Assembly: GCA_964466585.1 (NCBI GenBank)
Contig: CAYXSH010000004.1
Location: 14,463-78,462 of the forward strand
Origin: an uncultured Syntrophorhabdus sp.
GTDB taxonomy: Bacteria > Desulfobacterota > Syntrophorhabdia > Syntrophorhabdales > Syntrophorhabdaceae
DNA length: 64,000 nucleotides
Reading direction: 5' to 3'
Part shown: piece after piece, positions 26,901-36,235 of the stretch
Numbering within the stretch: position 1 is the stretch's first letter
Layout of the letters: every line of letters begins with the position of its first letter
Translations under genes and position numbers: made by a program
Notes under the pieces: generated by a model
Seen by the model: only the letters and a program-made list of their open reading frames with translations
Told to the model about the DNA's origin: nothing
The model's database searches: none

Positions 26901-28079
26901 GTTCTTCAGGACGGCATCCCCCGACACGTCGATCACCATGTCACCGGCGTCCTTTAACCGGCCGTTTTGGTCTATCCCCGAACCCAGGACGCCTGTCGAT
27001 GAGATCGACGCCCCGCGAAGAGTCATGTTCCCGCCCGCGGTTAACGTTCCGGTGTTCAGCAGCGAACCGCTGCTCTCGAAAGAGGCATTCTGCCGGCTGT
27101 AGAGCGTGCCGGTATTGGCAATCCCCCCGGCTGCCTTCATCGCGATATTGGCGGAGGCGGATGTATCCCCTGTCAGCATCACCATGCCTTCGATCGTAAC
27201 GGTCAGATCGCCGTTCATGGCGGCAAGGGTGCCGGCGCTGTTAACGCCGACCCCCCGCTCGGTGCCTATGAGCATGATCCTGTCCGCGTACATGCCGCCC
27301 AAGGCCGCGACGTCTATCGCCACCGCCGGCCTGTCCCCCTCGCCCTCGATCACCTTTATCCCGGGGCCCGTGTAATCCACGCTGTTGGACCCGGTGACCA
27401 CGCTGAGGTTCTTCGCCCAGATCTCGCTGTTGACCCTGAGTGAGCGGGCGATGAGGTCCACCCGGTCGGCCGCCGTGTCGATGAGCCCCCCGCCTTCGAC
27501 GGCGATGTCGCCGCGCGTGACACGGAAGCCGTCAAGGCTGCCCGCCGGGCTGATAACGGGCACGCCGGTCGTTAAGACCCCGCGCGAGGCATTGATAAAG
27601 CCGCAGCCGGAGCAGGTGATGCCGTTGGGGTTGGCGACGACAAGGTCGGCGCGCTGGCCGGCTATCTCCATAAAACCGTTCAGATGGCTGCGGTTGGCGC
27701 TCGTCACTTCGTTCAGGATGAGCCTGGCGGGTCCGTTCACGAGAAAGGGATTGGAGGCGACCCAGCCGCCGAGCTGGGTCTGGGCATTTGCCTGGCTGTT
27801 GTTGAGGATGAGCCCCCCGGGGCCGACGTTGAATTGAGTGTACCTGTTGTGGGACACACCCGACGCATTGGGGGTCGTTACCTGGACTATCTCCCTCCCG
27901 TTGCTTGTCGTCTCGACCTGCGGGCGGCGCGTCCCTGCGCCGGGGTCGGCCACGACCTGCCCGATGGCGGACAACGGCTGCAGGATGAATGACAGCACGA
28001 TCAGCCAGATCAAACGGCGTCTGGATCGAGATGATAGTAAAACGCGATGTTTTGTCGGTTCCTGTACGTTATAGTGCAA
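20964..28079 (-). CDS. cdiA: Contact-dependent inhibition toxin / filamentous-haemagglutinin-family TpsA exoprotein
   Basis: 2371 aa with signal sequence. TPS-domain motifs NASGVSHNRYTQFNV and ANPNGITCSGCGF. Long G/S/T/N-rich FHA repeats and a conserved mid-block GDGFYEQKLVENQVLQLTGRRFL...VLVPVVYL. Variable AT-rich C-terminal ~170 aa. Confidence 0.95.
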   Translation of the reverse strand: MHYNVQEPTKHRVLLSSRSRRRLIWLIVLSFILQPLSAIGQVVADPGAGTRRPQVETTSNGREIVQVTTPNASGVSHNRYTQFNVGPGGLILNNSQANAQTQLGGWVASNPFLVNGPARLILNEVTSANRSHLNGFMEIAGQRADLVVANPNGITCSGCGFINASRGVLTTGVPVISPAGSLDGFRVTRGDIAVEGGGLIDTAADRVDLIARSLRVNSEIWAKNLSVVTGSNSVDYTGPGIKVIEGEGDRPAVAIDVAALGGMYADRIMLIGTERGVGVNSAGTLAAMNGDLTVTIEGMVMLTGDTSASANIAMKAAGGIANTGTLYSRQNASFESSGSLLNTGTLTAGGNMTLRGASISSTGVLGSGIDQNGRLKDAGDMVIDVSGDAVLKNQTAAAGDLRVNAAAIDIADSSTRAGGNASLTAAGGIDNTGGMVLSGGDMSVIAAGIDNTDGTIFSSGNLTVGLLSSSLANTNGGIGAGGNLDLTAGAVSGPGGRIVSDGDMAITAQSVTGIDEILSGRDLTVSLSGDFTNESGKSLKANRNLTLTASGPIANYGLMSAVETATLDGSSLANDGTIEGGNVDLNIGTGITNSGTIAGYGAVNINTGNLTNYGSVFAGTLSISAQDILNQGPSAILGATDTINLYPVNSLTNKDEATIYSLGDINIAGSSRRDVPGNYLDAAGTLYNESSVIEADNDLTIFARDITNRRKVFTTGQVQIGEPTHHHVDLRRPGEATIYNYLSYEETITETRVLEDSAPGMILSGRNMNIRVETLTNRVSTIAAGANLFFEVTAKDNKDVGASRVTTRDGTHVVYIDDMDFEEWRITPYNEVTYEALPGWPSVISANLAIKGTAATINNETVNPSGSVTGSFSSTLPPGSGASAGGAAPGSSTTGLNDITLPSSGLYHIYTDPGRKYLVETDPRFTSYASFLSSDYMLSRMSCDPHYVMKRLGDGFYEQKLVENQVLQLTGRRFLSNFTNNEDQFRALMENAVDYAEEFKVAVGVSLSAGQMAALTSDMVWLEERIVEGQKVLVPVVYLASAATGDVPAGAVIAAKHVELTVSGNITNSGTIRGDAVTSLEASTILNRGGTVDSGGLTSLRASGDILNQSGKISGETTVLSAGRDIQNVTLAESRTNGPRNTTLIHDTARIVSRGDLAMEAGRDVVMRGGSISSAGDTAVTAGRDIRSETVQHDQGLNTVFYSESTTRHVTSSIGAGGNLAMSAGSDASFTGTKMEAGGDLTLQAGGDVKMAAVKDSDYRGVSGDRFVQKEDHEKVIGSEVTAGGNALIAATKETDGPRADGKGNVEIVGSTVTSKSGMVGIVADNDINIREESERHESLLEQEKESGGSLSSTTTKTRDYSLKVLARGSTVSGEDVVIDSGRDLAVRGSNVVGTKDVSLAAKDNIDITTARETFVEEHMVSEETSGLMGAGVGITWGSVSNKSTIEDKGTNHLGSTVGSVTGWVDIYSGKDTKITGSDILSAAGTSISGENITIDAAYNTREYRETTESSSSGLTLSLSNPILDAVMNTYDAAKTSLDRASGASDSRLAALSTLKAAKEIYKGASKLAGIASNPTAAASIGITLKYGESRSESETAIESRQAKGSSISSAGDVFVEARGRKDAGGNAKAGTGDLNVIGSAIEGTNVSLKANNDIKLLSAEDTSKLTSSSESISGDVGVSFSVGANTGFSISANIAMSEGSAEGFTLTNKNTHIRARDVLAIDSGRDTTLMGAVVSGDTVKANIGRNLSIVSRQDIDTYTSESSSMQAGITIPVFGFGAPSGYFNYTEDSTDSNYRSVTEQSGIHAGTGGFDITVGGNTDLKGSVMASGTSSNRLSTNTLTYSNIENTADYDSSSRGISAGFGSGSVSMAPRVGVSQTGSSSTMTLAAIAPGTIEIRSNPGQDIGSLSRDTKNAHETLGKIFDQKTVEEQRETARLFGELAFEAVGDIGKAMTKPYEDAKLKESAARTYLDLKGRDGLTGSEQEFLAACEKEGFTETRAREDIAQALAAQNEYQDRYDLWKDTGAMKAALHAFTGGLQASLGGGDVLSGALGAGAAEISRNLTENLPKDLQQWASVVVGAAAGSIASGNTSGAMTGAATALDGERYNRRLHETERQVLDRLKKKWKELGYASEEQAEERLSLASCALVHCADGISETDLGYRILKVNQNIGNTEEYSEERKLLLSQKDDFGSPLFVYAASDRINDAVNKETPVGNAILVAGIAGGLVETGASLSWNGFKAGLRALLRSAGVGKAETVTTAVTKGFNVNSGKFDYFFGRVTQGSEHNIARSAQNLRDLTTLGIKSENQLINTLNEAFNGGNIIRTTTSNYGVTVTKSVNVGNVGKIDVGFFYAGGNMNVAPSVTTIIPIIYK

Positions 28080-28164
28080 GGCCGCCCCCTTTTTTGTTTT
28101 TTTATGAAAGCTTTACAATTTCAATGACTGGCAAATATCCCGGCCGGACTTCCAGGCGCATCTT

Positions 28165-29868
28165 TCAGAACTGATAAACGAACTGGACCGTCGTCGTAAG
28201 ATCGGCGGTTTGAAATCCCTCCGGCTTATAGAGCGGGCACCCCGCGGAGACGTCATAGCCGAACCCTTTCCACGCGCCGCGCATGCCGACGACGCCCCCG
28301 AGAAGGTGCCTGCCGAGCATGTCTGCGACACCGGGACCGTCAACGTACCCGTAATCTATCCCTGCATAGACCCTCTGCCCCGACTGTGCAACAGGGGCCT
28401 CGAGCTCGCTGCGCACAAAGAAACCATTCTCGGCCGCCAGCGTCTGCTCCCCGTCGAAGCCGCGCACGGTCCAGCGGTTGCCGATAGAAAAGCTGTCTAT
28501 GTAATAAAGCCTGTCCTGCGTGAATTGCCCCCGGAGCGACCCGAGGCAGCGCATGGGGATCCCCGCCTGGAATGGAACCGAGATGCCGGCATCGATCGTC
28601 CCCATCCGGTACATGTGGGTAGGGCGATCCTCGCCATCGATGTCCCCGGTCGCGTTGAACCAGGGCATGCCCTGCCGGAATCCGATAGAAAGGTCGATCT
28701 GCGCAGGGCCCGCGTAACGGCGATGCAGGAGGACCAGTTCGGCATACGTCGAATCGAGCTGCTGCGCCTCGATCTCGATGTACTCGATGAAGTTCTTTCC
28801 CTTGTACGTGCGGACCCTGAACTGCAGGGAGGTCTTGCTGGACTGGCCCCGGTAAAGCACGCGCTCGGCATGCATCTCAAGGCTGTCCGAAGCGCCGCTG
28901 TAATTATAGGTCTGGAATATGCCTTCGACGTCCTGATTGTAGCGGTAGGTGGACCCCGATATGCCGAACGTCCAGTACCCCCAGGGCACGGAATAGTAGA
29001 AGTTATAAGTCTCCGTACCCCGAAGGCCGCTGTAGCCGGTGTCGTGGCCGAGTCCGACGACAAGGAGGTCGTTGAGCCCGAGCGGGTTGTCGAGCGATGC
29101 GTTGAACGAATACTGCCACTTGCCGGTCGCTTTCGAGCCGGAATCGCTCAAGGACGCGGAGACCCTCCACGGCTTGCCGCGCTTCACCTCAATAACAACG
29201 TCCGATTCACCCGGACGCTCCCCCGGGACGAGCCGGATATCGACGTCCTGGTACGGCAGGCGCTTCATCTGGTCCAATCCCTGTTCGAGGTCGCGGATAT
29301 TGAGCAGGTCACCGGCACGGCAGGGAAAGGCCGAACGCCATGTCCCCCGGGCACCGGGGTCGGAAAAACGGATGTTCCCGATGATCCCCCTGATGAGGGT
29401 GAACCTCAAGGTCCCGGCCGACAAGTCCTGCGGGGGAACGACGACACGCGTCGTTATGTAGCCTTTTTCGATAAATATGCCTGTAAGCCGTTTGACGATG
29501 AGGTTGATGCCCTCTTTCCCGATGCACCTGCCGGAATACCGGTCGAGGTATTCCTGTGCCCAGGGGAAATCTTCGGCGCCCTCGCCCTCAAGCTTCAGGG
29601 AGCTGACGGCAAAGCACGGTTTCTCGTCGGGCAGGCCGAGGGCGTCTGCGTCCTGCTTCGGGACCGGCAGGCGGACATCGGGAGCCTCCTGGATGCGCCG
29701 CTGCCGTTCGGCGTCCTCCTGCGTGCGGCGGCGCAATTCTTCCGCTCCGGGCGTCTGTGCAAGGCCAGGCGAAGTCCCGGACAGGAAGAGGAGTCCGGAC
29801 GCGAGAAAGGCGCAGAGGAAGAAAAGGTGCCGGGAGGTCCGGCGTATGTCGCGAAAGGGTGATCTCAT
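28165..29868 (-). CDS. cdiB: TpsB / ShlB-FhaC-HecB family outer-membrane transporter
   Basis: 567 aa with signal peptide and the Omp85-type loop-6 motif VRGF (NRWTVRGFDG). Lies directly upstream of cdiA. Confidence 0.9.
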   Translation of the reverse strand: MRSPFRDIRRTSRHLFFLCAFLASGLLFLSGTSPGLAQTPGAEELRRRTQEDAERQRRIQEAPDVRLPVPKQDADALGLPDEKPCFAVSSLKLEGEGAEDFPWAQEYLDRYSGRCIGKEGINLIVKRLTGIFIEKGYITTRVVVPPQDLSAGTLRFTLIRGIIGNIRFSDPGARGTWRSAFPCRAGDLLNIRDLEQGLDQMKRLPYQDVDIRLVPGERPGESDVVIEVKRGKPWRVSASLSDSGSKATGKWQYSFNASLDNPLGLNDLLVVGLGHDTGYSGLRGTETYNFYYSVPWGYWTFGISGSTYRYNQDVEGIFQTYNYSGASDSLEMHAERVLYRGQSSKTSLQFRVRTYKGKNFIEYIEIEAQQLDSTYAELVLLHRRYAGPAQIDLSIGFRQGMPWFNATGDIDGEDRPTHMYRMGTIDAGISVPFQAGIPMRCLGSLRGQFTQDRLYYIDSFSIGNRWTVRGFDGEQTLAAENGFFVRSELEAPVAQSGQRVYAGIDYGYVDGPGVADMLGRHLLGGVVGMRGAWKGFGYDVSAGCPLYKPEGFQTADLTTTVQFVYQF

Positions 29869-29887
29869 TGGAAAAAATGGAAATTCT

Positions 29888-30355
29888 CTAATAACGGATC
29901 ACATCGCCTGGGGTAAATGCCCTGGGCTCATCGGGAGGTTTCGCGCCCTTGCGCATCGTTATCCGCGCGTGGCAGGCCGGCTCCATCCTGGTGTCGGTAT
30001 GGCCGGGCACGTATGCATATGTCGTCGGGCCGGATTTGTGGTCGAATGCCTGGTAGTGTCCCGGAACTTCCTTTTCCAGTTTCCTGATGTGGCTTATATG
30101 CTCGTCCACGATAAAATAATCGTAGCCGGCATCGCGGGTGAGTTCCGCGCAGCGCCTGTAGAGATACCCGTCGCAGACGGACAGCGGGGTCTTTTCGCTG
30201 CATATGTAATCCACCCTGTATATGCTGCCCCCTATCCTCGATTCACTGTAGCCGTAGTTGAACAGAAAGCTCCGGGGCTGGTACCCGGTGACTGTTACGC
30301 AGGACAAGGACCCTGAAAGGAGCAGGACGGATATGATGAGGCGAAGCGTTTTCAT
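29888..30355 (-). CDS. Lipoprotein encoded at the head of the CDI operon
   Basis: ATG at 30355 gives MKTLRLIISVLLLSGSLSCVTV (lipobox-like LSGSLSC). Its stop is 19 nt before the cdiB start. The ORF-track start 30502 is unlikely. Confidence 0.6.
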   Translation of the reverse strand: MKTLRLIISVLLLSGSLSCVTVTGYQPRSFLFNYGYSESRIGGSIYRVDYICSEKTPLSVCDGYLYRRCAELTRDAGYDYFIVDEHISHIRKLEKEVPGHYQAFDHKSGPTTYAYVPGHTDTRMEPACHARITMRKGAKPPDEPRAFTPGDVIRY

Positions 30356-30812
30356 CGTACTAAGAACCCCCTGACTGACAAGAATGTAAGCTACCGCCAT
30401 CGGCTGTTTGTTGCAATCCCTTCCCTCCCCGCGAAACCTTAATCTCTGCAGCGATGCCCTTAAACTCGACTGTGTCTTGAGGCTATTGGTACTGCAATTC
30501 ACTGCCCTGTTTTTTCTTTTCGATTATATTGTTGGAATTTTATACTTGCGGGAATCGCACGGGAAACAATTGAGGGACCATACTGTCGCCTGGTGACACC
30601 AATCGGCCAGACAGCGGCTGAGGCAGCAACCGGCAACCCTCGAGAAACCCCCTTTTCAGTTGATATTTGAAGTTACATACCGGCATCTCCCTTTATCAGG
30701 CCGTGAACAATGTGCTTGTAAATTTTCTCCGGTTGGACAAGAATATAACGATCATGCGAGTTTTTTTCCGGCCCGCGTGCACTTGACGCGAAAGTCGTGG
30801 AGGTGTTGCCGC

Positions 30813-33800
30813 ATGTCACCGACAAGAAGACCCGGGCGTTCCGGCGCCGGACAGACCGGTAAAGGCAGGGGGCCGTCGGCAGAGGCCGGTGCCGGGTTCC
30901 GGGATATCGCCGAATTCCTCCCTCAACCCTACTTTGAAACAAACGAAAATGGGACCATCACATTTGCCAACAGCGAGGCATTCGCCACGTTCGGCTACAC
31001 CCGGGAAGACCTTGACCGCGGCCTGTCCGTCGCCGGGATCATCGCGCCCGAAGACAGGCAGCGGGCCCTGGAGAACATCGGGAAGATCGCCGAAGGGCAG
31101 CAATTAAAGGGGATAGAATACAAGGCCCTCAAGAAGGATGGGTCCACGTTGCCGGTGATCGTATATTCCATACCCATAACGCGCGGCGGCACGTTCATGG
31201 GGCTTAAGGGGCTCGTAACGGACATCACGGAGAATAAAAGGGTGGAGGACCTGCTGCGGATCAGCGAAGAACGCCTGAAAACCCTCATCGGGTCGATCGT
31301 CGACTACATTTACATAGTAGAGGTTGAAGAGGGTGTTCCCGTCTCCACCGTCCACGGGCAGGGCTGTCTCAACGTCACCGGATACGCATCCGAAGAATAT
31401 GCCGCCGATCCGGAACTGTGGTACAGCATGATAGTCGAGGAAGACCGGGAAGCGGTCATAGAACAGGCATCCAGGGTACTGTCAAGGGAAACGGCAGAGC
31501 CCATCGAGCATCGGATAGTTCACAAGGACGGCTCCGTTCGGTGGGTCAGGAACGCCCCGGTGCCGCGCATCGACAGTGAGGGCCGCCTTGTAGCCATCGA
31601 CGGCATGATCACCGACATCACCGGGCGGAAACTCGCGGAAAAGGCGCTGCAGGAAAGCGAGACCATGTTCCGCGCCCTTTCCGAGGACAGCAGCTCTGCA
31701 ATCTTTCTCATCCAGGGTGAAAAATACCGGTACATCAATCCCGCGTTCACGGCGATAACCGGGTATACGATGGATGACCTCGCGGGAATGAACTTCTGGG
31801 ACCTCATCCACCCTGACATGCGAGATATGGTAAAGGAGAGGGGCATCAGGCGACAGAAACAGGAGACGGTGCCGTCACGCTACGACCTCAAGTTCATAAC
31901 AAAGACCGGCGAGGTGAGGTTCGGCAGCTTCGGCGCGACGCTCATCGAGTTCCACGACAAACCCGCCATACTGGGTTCTGTGGTGGATATTACAGAACGC
32001 AAACAGGCGGAGGAAGAGCTCAAGAAGCTCGCCCTTGTGGTCCGGCACAGCAGCGAGCTTGTTAATCTGTCGAGGCCCGACGGCTCGATGATCTTCCTGA
32101 ACGAGGCAGGCTCAAAAATGCTGGGGATAAGGCCCGACGAGGTCGGGCAGACAAACGTCATGCAGGTCATACCGGGACACCTGAAGGAAAAGGTCGAGAA
32201 AGAGGTCCTGCCGGAACTGCTAAGCAGCGGTTCGTGGAAAGGGGACCTCCAGTATCTCAACCTCGCCACCGGCAAACTCGTCGATGTTGCCACGACAACG
32301 TTCACCATCGCAGACCCCAACGACGGGAAGCTCCTTTACCTGGCCAACGTCTCGCGGGACATCACCGGGCAAAAAATGGCCGGGAAAGCCCTGCTGGAAT
32401 CAGAGGAAAAATACCGCGGCATCGCGGAAGAATCGCTAGTGGGCGTCTATATCATCCAGGACAACCTCTTCCGGTATGTGAATACGAGGTTCTGCGAGAT
32501 CAGCGGCTACAGCTATGACGAGATCGTCGACAGGATGTCTCCCCTTGAGCTCACCTGTGAAGAAGACCGGCAAACCGTGGAGGACAACCTCAATAAACGC
32601 TTTTCAGGCGAGCTCAAGAACATCCAGTATAAATTCCGCATAAAACGCAAGGACGGCCGCATCGCCATCGTGGAGGTCATAGGCGGCACCTTCAATTACC
32701 AGGGCCGGCCGGCCGCGATAGGCACCCTCCTCGATACCACCAGGGAGACCATACTAGAGGAACAGCTCCAGCAGGCCCAAAAAATGGAGGCCATAGGCCA
32801 GCTTGCCGGAGGTATCGCCCATGATTTCAACAATATACTTACCACACTCGCCGGCTATGCCAGCCTGCTCCAGATGACGCTCGACGAGACCGACCCCCTG
32901 CAGATGTATATAGAGCAGATCCTGTCGGCATCCCAGAAGGCCGCCAACCTTACCAGGAGCCTTCTTGTATTCAGCAGGCAGCAGCAGGTCAATCTCCTGC
33001 CGCTGGATATAAACAATGTCATCAGCGGGACGCAGAAGCTCCTCAAAAGGCTCCTCACGGAAGATATCTCGCTGGATGTGGTCCTTGCCGCCGATAAAGC
33101 GACCGTAATGGCCGATGCCGTCCAGATAGACCAGATCCTGTTCAATCTCGTCACCAACGCCCGTGACGCGATGCCGAAAGGAGGGAAGCTCATCATAGAG
33201 ACCTCCACCGTAATCGTGGATGACGAGTTCATGATGTACCACGGCCTGGACAGGCCCGGGAAGTACCACGTGCTGTGTGTCTCCGACACGGGCTGCGGCA
33301 TGGACGAGACGGCCCGGAAAAAGATCTTCGACCCCTTTTTCACCACAAAGGAGGTCGGGAAGGGAACCGGCCTCGGCCTGGCAACGGTCTACGGCATCGT
33401 CATGCAGCACGGCGGCCACATAACCGTGTACAGCGAACCTGGCAAGGGCACCACGTTCCGCGTCTATTTCCCGGCCATACAGGCGGAAACCAGGGAGGAA
33501 CAGGTGCTGCCGCCGGACATCCGGCCGGGCAGCGAAACGGTCCTGGTGGCGGAAGACAATGAAGAGGTCCGGGCGCTTATGAAGAACATGCTGACAAAAC
33601 ACGGGTACAATGTCATTGAAGCGGTTGACGGACAGGACGCGATAGACATATTCAGGATCCATGGCGGCGGCATCAAGCTCATGATCATGGATGCCGTCAT
33701 GCCGAGGAAGAACGGAAGGGAATCCTACGAAGAGATCCACGCGATAGACCCGGGAGTAAAGGTCATCTTCATCAGCGGGTACACCAGGGACATTGTCCTC

Positions 33801-33908
33801 GACAAGGGTATAGAGGAAGGCGATTTCCACTTTATTCCCAAACCCATCTACCCGAGCGCACTCCTTAACAAGGTCCGTGAAGTGCTGGACGGAAGCGGAA
33901 AAACCTGA
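30813..33908 (+). CDS. Multi-PAS hybrid sensor histidine kinase with C-terminal receiver
   Basis: ATG at 30813 follows GGAGGTG. Several PAS/PAC repeats. H-box [13 protein letters not shown]-box [10 protein letters not shown]-boxes DTGCGM and GKGTGLGL. Receiver segment [10 protein letters not shown]...[10 protein letters not shown]. Confidence 0.9.
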   Translation: MSPTRRPGRSGAGQTGKGRGPSAEAGAGFRDIAEFLPQPYFETNENGTITFANSEAFATFGYTREDLDRGLSVAGIIAPEDRQRALENIGKIAEGQQLKGIEYKALKKDGSTLPVIVYSIPITRGGTFMGLKGLVTDITENKRVEDLLRISEERLKTLIGSIVDYIYIVEVEEGVPVSTVHGQGCLNVTGYASEEYAADPELWYSMIVEEDREAVIEQASRVLSRETAEPIEHRIVHKDGSVRWVRNAPVPRIDSEGRLVAIDGMITDITGRKLAEKALQESETMFRALSEDSSSAIFLIQGEKYRYINPAFTAITGYTMDDLAGMNFWDLIHPDMRDMVKERGIRRQKQETVPSRYDLKFITKTGEVRFGSFGATLIEFHDKPAILGSVVDITERKQAEEELKKLALVVRHSSELVNLSRPDGSMIFLNEAGSKMLGIRPDEVGQTNVMQVIPGHLKEKVEKEVLPELLSSGSWKGDLQYLNLATGKLVDVATTTFTIADPNDGKLLYLANVSRDITGQKMAGKALLESEEKYRGIAEESLVGVYIIQDNLFRYVNTRFCEISGYSYDEIVDRMSPLELTCEEDRQTVEDNLNKRFSGELKNIQYKFRIKRKDGRIAIVEVIGGTFNYQGRPAAIGTLLDTTRETILEEQLQQAQKMEAIGQLAGGIAHDFNNILTTLAGYASLLQMTLDETDPLQMYIEQILSASQKAANLTRSLLVFSRQQQVNLLPLDINNVISGTQKLLKRLLTEDISLDVVLAADKATVMADAVQIDQILFNLVTNARDAMPKGGKLIIETSTVIVDDEFMMYHGLDRPGKYHVLCVSDTGCGMDETARKKIFDPFFTTKEVGKGTGLGLATVYGIVMQHGGHITVYSEPGKGTTFRVYFPAIQAETREEQVLPPDIRPGSETVLVAEDNEEVRALMKNMLTKHGYNVIEAVDGQDAIDIFRIHGGGIKLMIMDAVMPRKNGRESYEEIHAIDPGVKVIFISGYTRDIVLDKGIEEGDFHFIPKPIYPSALLNKVREVLDGSGKT

Positions 33909-33919
33909 CAAAAACGATA

Positions 33920-33948
33920 TTGACAAAAGGGTTCTCTGGAAATATGAT
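33920..33948 (+). promoter_or_regulatory. Near-consensus sigma-70 promoter upstream of the biosynthetic cluster
   Basis: TTGACA (33920-33925), 17-nt spacer, TATGAT (33943-33948). Followed by a ~105-nt leader containing the hairpin ggacacc-tgc-ggtgtcc just before the 34058 start. Confidence 0.5.
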
Positions 33949-34057
33949 ATCCATGCCGGGGGAAGAGGCATTCGATACGTCTGATATCTTTGCAATATAT
34001 CTGACTTTGGAAATGAAAAAGGACACCTGCGGTGTCCCTTCGGTGAGGCTGTTTTAA

Positions 34058-34459
34058 ATGGACAAAAAGAACGTGCCCCAGGACAGGGGTGTTGTCGAAA
34101 AACTTAGCCTGGTCTTTTATGCCGTCGACGAATCGGGAAAATACGTGAAAGAACAGTCGGCGGGATGGGAACCGGTGACCATCGCGCACGAACAGGCGTT
34201 CGAAGCAATGGAGGAGAGGCTTGCCCTGGTCGGGGAAAGGGTGAAAAAGGGCGAGCTCAGCCCGATCGCGTACTACATGGAAAAGAACCTCATGGACGCG
34301 AAGATGCTCTCGGATTATATCGGCATATCCCGATGGAGGGTGAAAAGGCACCTCGATCCCAGGGTGTTCCGGCGTCTTTCTTCCCCCTTGCTGGAGCGCT
34401 ACGCGAAGGTCTTCGGCATAACGGCCCGGCAGCTCAAGCAAGGTGAAGAAAATGGCTGA
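34058..34459 (+). CDS. Conserved 133-aa protein, C-terminal half HTH-like (copy 1)
   Basis: YIGISRWRVKRHLDPRVFRRL...LERYAKVFGI resembles an XRE-type HTH. A paralog lies at 37919..38320. Its end overlaps the next gene by 8 nt. Confidence 0.5.
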   Translation: MDKKNVPQDRGVVEKLSLVFYAVDESGKYVKEQSAGWEPVTIAHEQAFEAMEERLALVGERVKKGELSPIAYYMEKNLMDAKMLSDYIGISRWRVKRHLDPRVFRRLSSPLLERYAKVFGITARQLKQGEENG

Positions 34460-35465
34460 CACGGCAAGCGTGGACTTTGTCCACCGCAACTCCGCCCACT
34501 GCGAGACCGGTACCACCTCCAATCTTCTTTTTCACTACGGCATCAACGCCTCGGAAGCGCTTGTCTTCGGCATGGGATCGGGCTTCTTCTTCGGATATTT
34601 CCCCTTTATCAAGGTCAACGGCCTGCCGCTCATCACCTTCCGCAGCCTCCCGAGAAGGATCATGAAGAACGTCACGAAACGCCTCGGCCTGGGTGTCAGG
34701 ATAAACACATTCAAAGATCCCGAAAAAAGCATGGAGGCCCTTGACGACATGCTCAGCAAGGGCATACCCGTCGGCCTCCAGACGAGCGTCTACTGGCTTC
34801 CCTACTTCCCCCCTCCGATGAGAGAGCATTTCAACTCCCATTTCATCGTCGCTTACGGCATGAACGGGGACAACTATTTTATAAGCGATCCCATCTTCGA
34901 CAAACCCGTCACATGCTCCAGGGAAGGCCTCATGAAGGCGCGTTTCGCGAAGGGCGCCTTCGCCCCCGGCGGCAGGATGTTCCATTTCACGGGCGCCCCC
35001 GAGCGCGTCGACCTCGCCCCGGCGATACTGAAAGGCATAAAGGAGACCAGGTTCATGATGCTCAAGGTGCCGGTCCCGATCATGGGTGTCAGGGGGATCA
35101 GGTTCTTCGCGAAAAATGTAAGGAACTGGCCCGAAAAGCACGGTGACCGCAAAACGCAGCTCTTTCTCGGCAATGCCGTGAGGCTGCAGGAAGAGATCGG
35201 AACGGGGGGCGGGGGCTTTCGCTTCATGTACGCCGCCTTTCTGCAGGAAGCCGCGGGCATACTGAAGGACGACCGCCTGCTCGGCCTCTCGGAGAGGATG
35301 ACGATGATCGGCGACAGGTGGAGGGACTTTGCCGTTTCCTGCGCCAGGATATACAAGAACAGGGCCTCGGAAAAAGACAGTTTCCACCTTTTAAGTGAAA
35401 CCCTTCTTGAGTGCGCGGACAGAGAGGAGCAACTTTTCCGCGACCTTTCGGAAATCGTCCTATGA
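34452..35465 (+). CDS. BtrH-N-like (papain-fold) ACP-dependent acyltransferase family protein (copy 1)
   Basis: N-terminal HRNSAHCETGTTSNLLFHYG with a Cys nucleophile context as in the BtrH_N/DUF4872 architecture. ATG at 34452 (ATGGCTGA overlap with the upstream stop). Confidence 0.65.
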   Translation: MADTASVDFVHRNSAHCETGTTSNLLFHYGINASEALVFGMGSGFFFGYFPFIKVNGLPLITFRSLPRRIMKNVTKRLGLGVRINTFKDPEKSMEALDDMLSKGIPVGLQTSVYWLPYFPPPMREHFNSHFIVAYGMNGDNYFISDPIFDKPVTCSREGLMKARFAKGAFAPGGRMFHFTGAPERVDLAPAILKGIKETRFMMLKVPVPIMGVRGIRFFAKNVRNWPEKHGDRKTQLFLGNAVRLQEEIGTGGGGFRFMYAAFLQEAAGILKDDRLLGLSERMTMIGDRWRDFAVSCARIYKNRASEKDSFHLLSETLLECADREEQLFRDLSEIVL

Positions 35466-36226
35466 ACACTGCGGCGCCGTCACGGGAAGCGGTCCTGTCG
35501 GTAAAGGACCTGGTCAAATTCTACCCCGGGGCGGATGAACCAGCCCTGAACGGACTGACGATGTCCATCGGCGAAGGCGAGGTTTTCGGCCTGCTCGGCC
35601 CAAACGGAGCCGGCAAGACGACGGCCATTTCCATCATGAACACCCTTCTTTCGGCCACGAGCGGCAGCGTCACCATCTACGGCATGGACGCGGCGAAGCA
35701 CCCGGGAGAGGTTAAAAGGCTCATCGGCTATGTCCCCCAGGACATCGCCCTCTACCCGGACCTTTCCACGCGGGAGAACCTCCGGTTCTTCGGGCGGATA
35801 CACGGCCTTAAAGGCGCGGAACTCAAAAAGAGGATAGACGAGGCGGCAGAGTTCGTAGGCCTTGAAGGCAGCCTCGGCCAGCGGATCCACACGTTTTCAG
35901 GCGGAATGAAGAGGCGCGCCAATCTCGCCGCGGGCCTTCTCCACCGGCCGAAGATGCTCTTCCTCGACGAACCGACGGTCGGGATCGACCCGCAATCGCG
36001 CAACCTCATCCTCGAAAGGCTCTCTTCCCTCAAGGACAGGACCGCCATGGTCTACACTACGCATTACATGAGGGAGGCGGAGATCCTTTGTTCCTCTGTC
36101 GCCATCATGGACCTGGGCCGCATCATAGCGGAAGGGGCACCCGACGACCTGATCAGGCAAAACTCCGCGTGCGCGAACCTGGAAGAGCTTTTCATCGCCC
36201 TTACCGGTAAAGATCTGAGGGATTGA
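35462..36226 (+). CDS. ABC transporter ATP-binding protein (ABC-2/DrrA type)
   Basis: Walker A GPNGAGKTT, signature FSGGMKRR, Walker B MLFLDEPT. ATGA overlap with the upstream gene. Confidence 0.9.
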   Translation: MNTAAPSREAVLSVKDLVKFYPGADEPALNGLTMSIGEGEVFGLLGPNGAGKTTAISIMNTLLSATSGSVTIYGMDAAKHPGEVKRLIGYVPQDIALYPDLSTRENLRFFGRIHGLKGAELKKRIDEAAEFVGLEGSLGQRIHTFSGGMKRRANLAAGLLHRPKMLFLDEPTVGIDPQSRNLILERLSSLKDRTAMVYTTHYMREAEILCSSVAIMDLGRIIAEGAPDDLIRQNSACANLEELFIALTGKDLRD

Positions 36227-36235
36227 ACTGTTGCC

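Noticed and set aside
20964-28079. Search for the canonical VENN (or ELYN) pre-toxin motif in CdiA
   Set aside because: Not present. The only VEN string (KLVENQVLQL) lies in the conserved mid-protein block, far from the variable tip. The toxin boundary is inferred instead from the orphan-handle homology.
28210-29862. 550-aa plus-strand ORF
   Set aside because: Complete antisense overlap with cdiB, which has the signal peptide, the VRGF motif and the operon context.
32754-33995. 413-aa minus-strand ORF
   Set aside because: Antisense to the catalytic and receiver domains of the hybrid histidine kinase; low-complexity composition.
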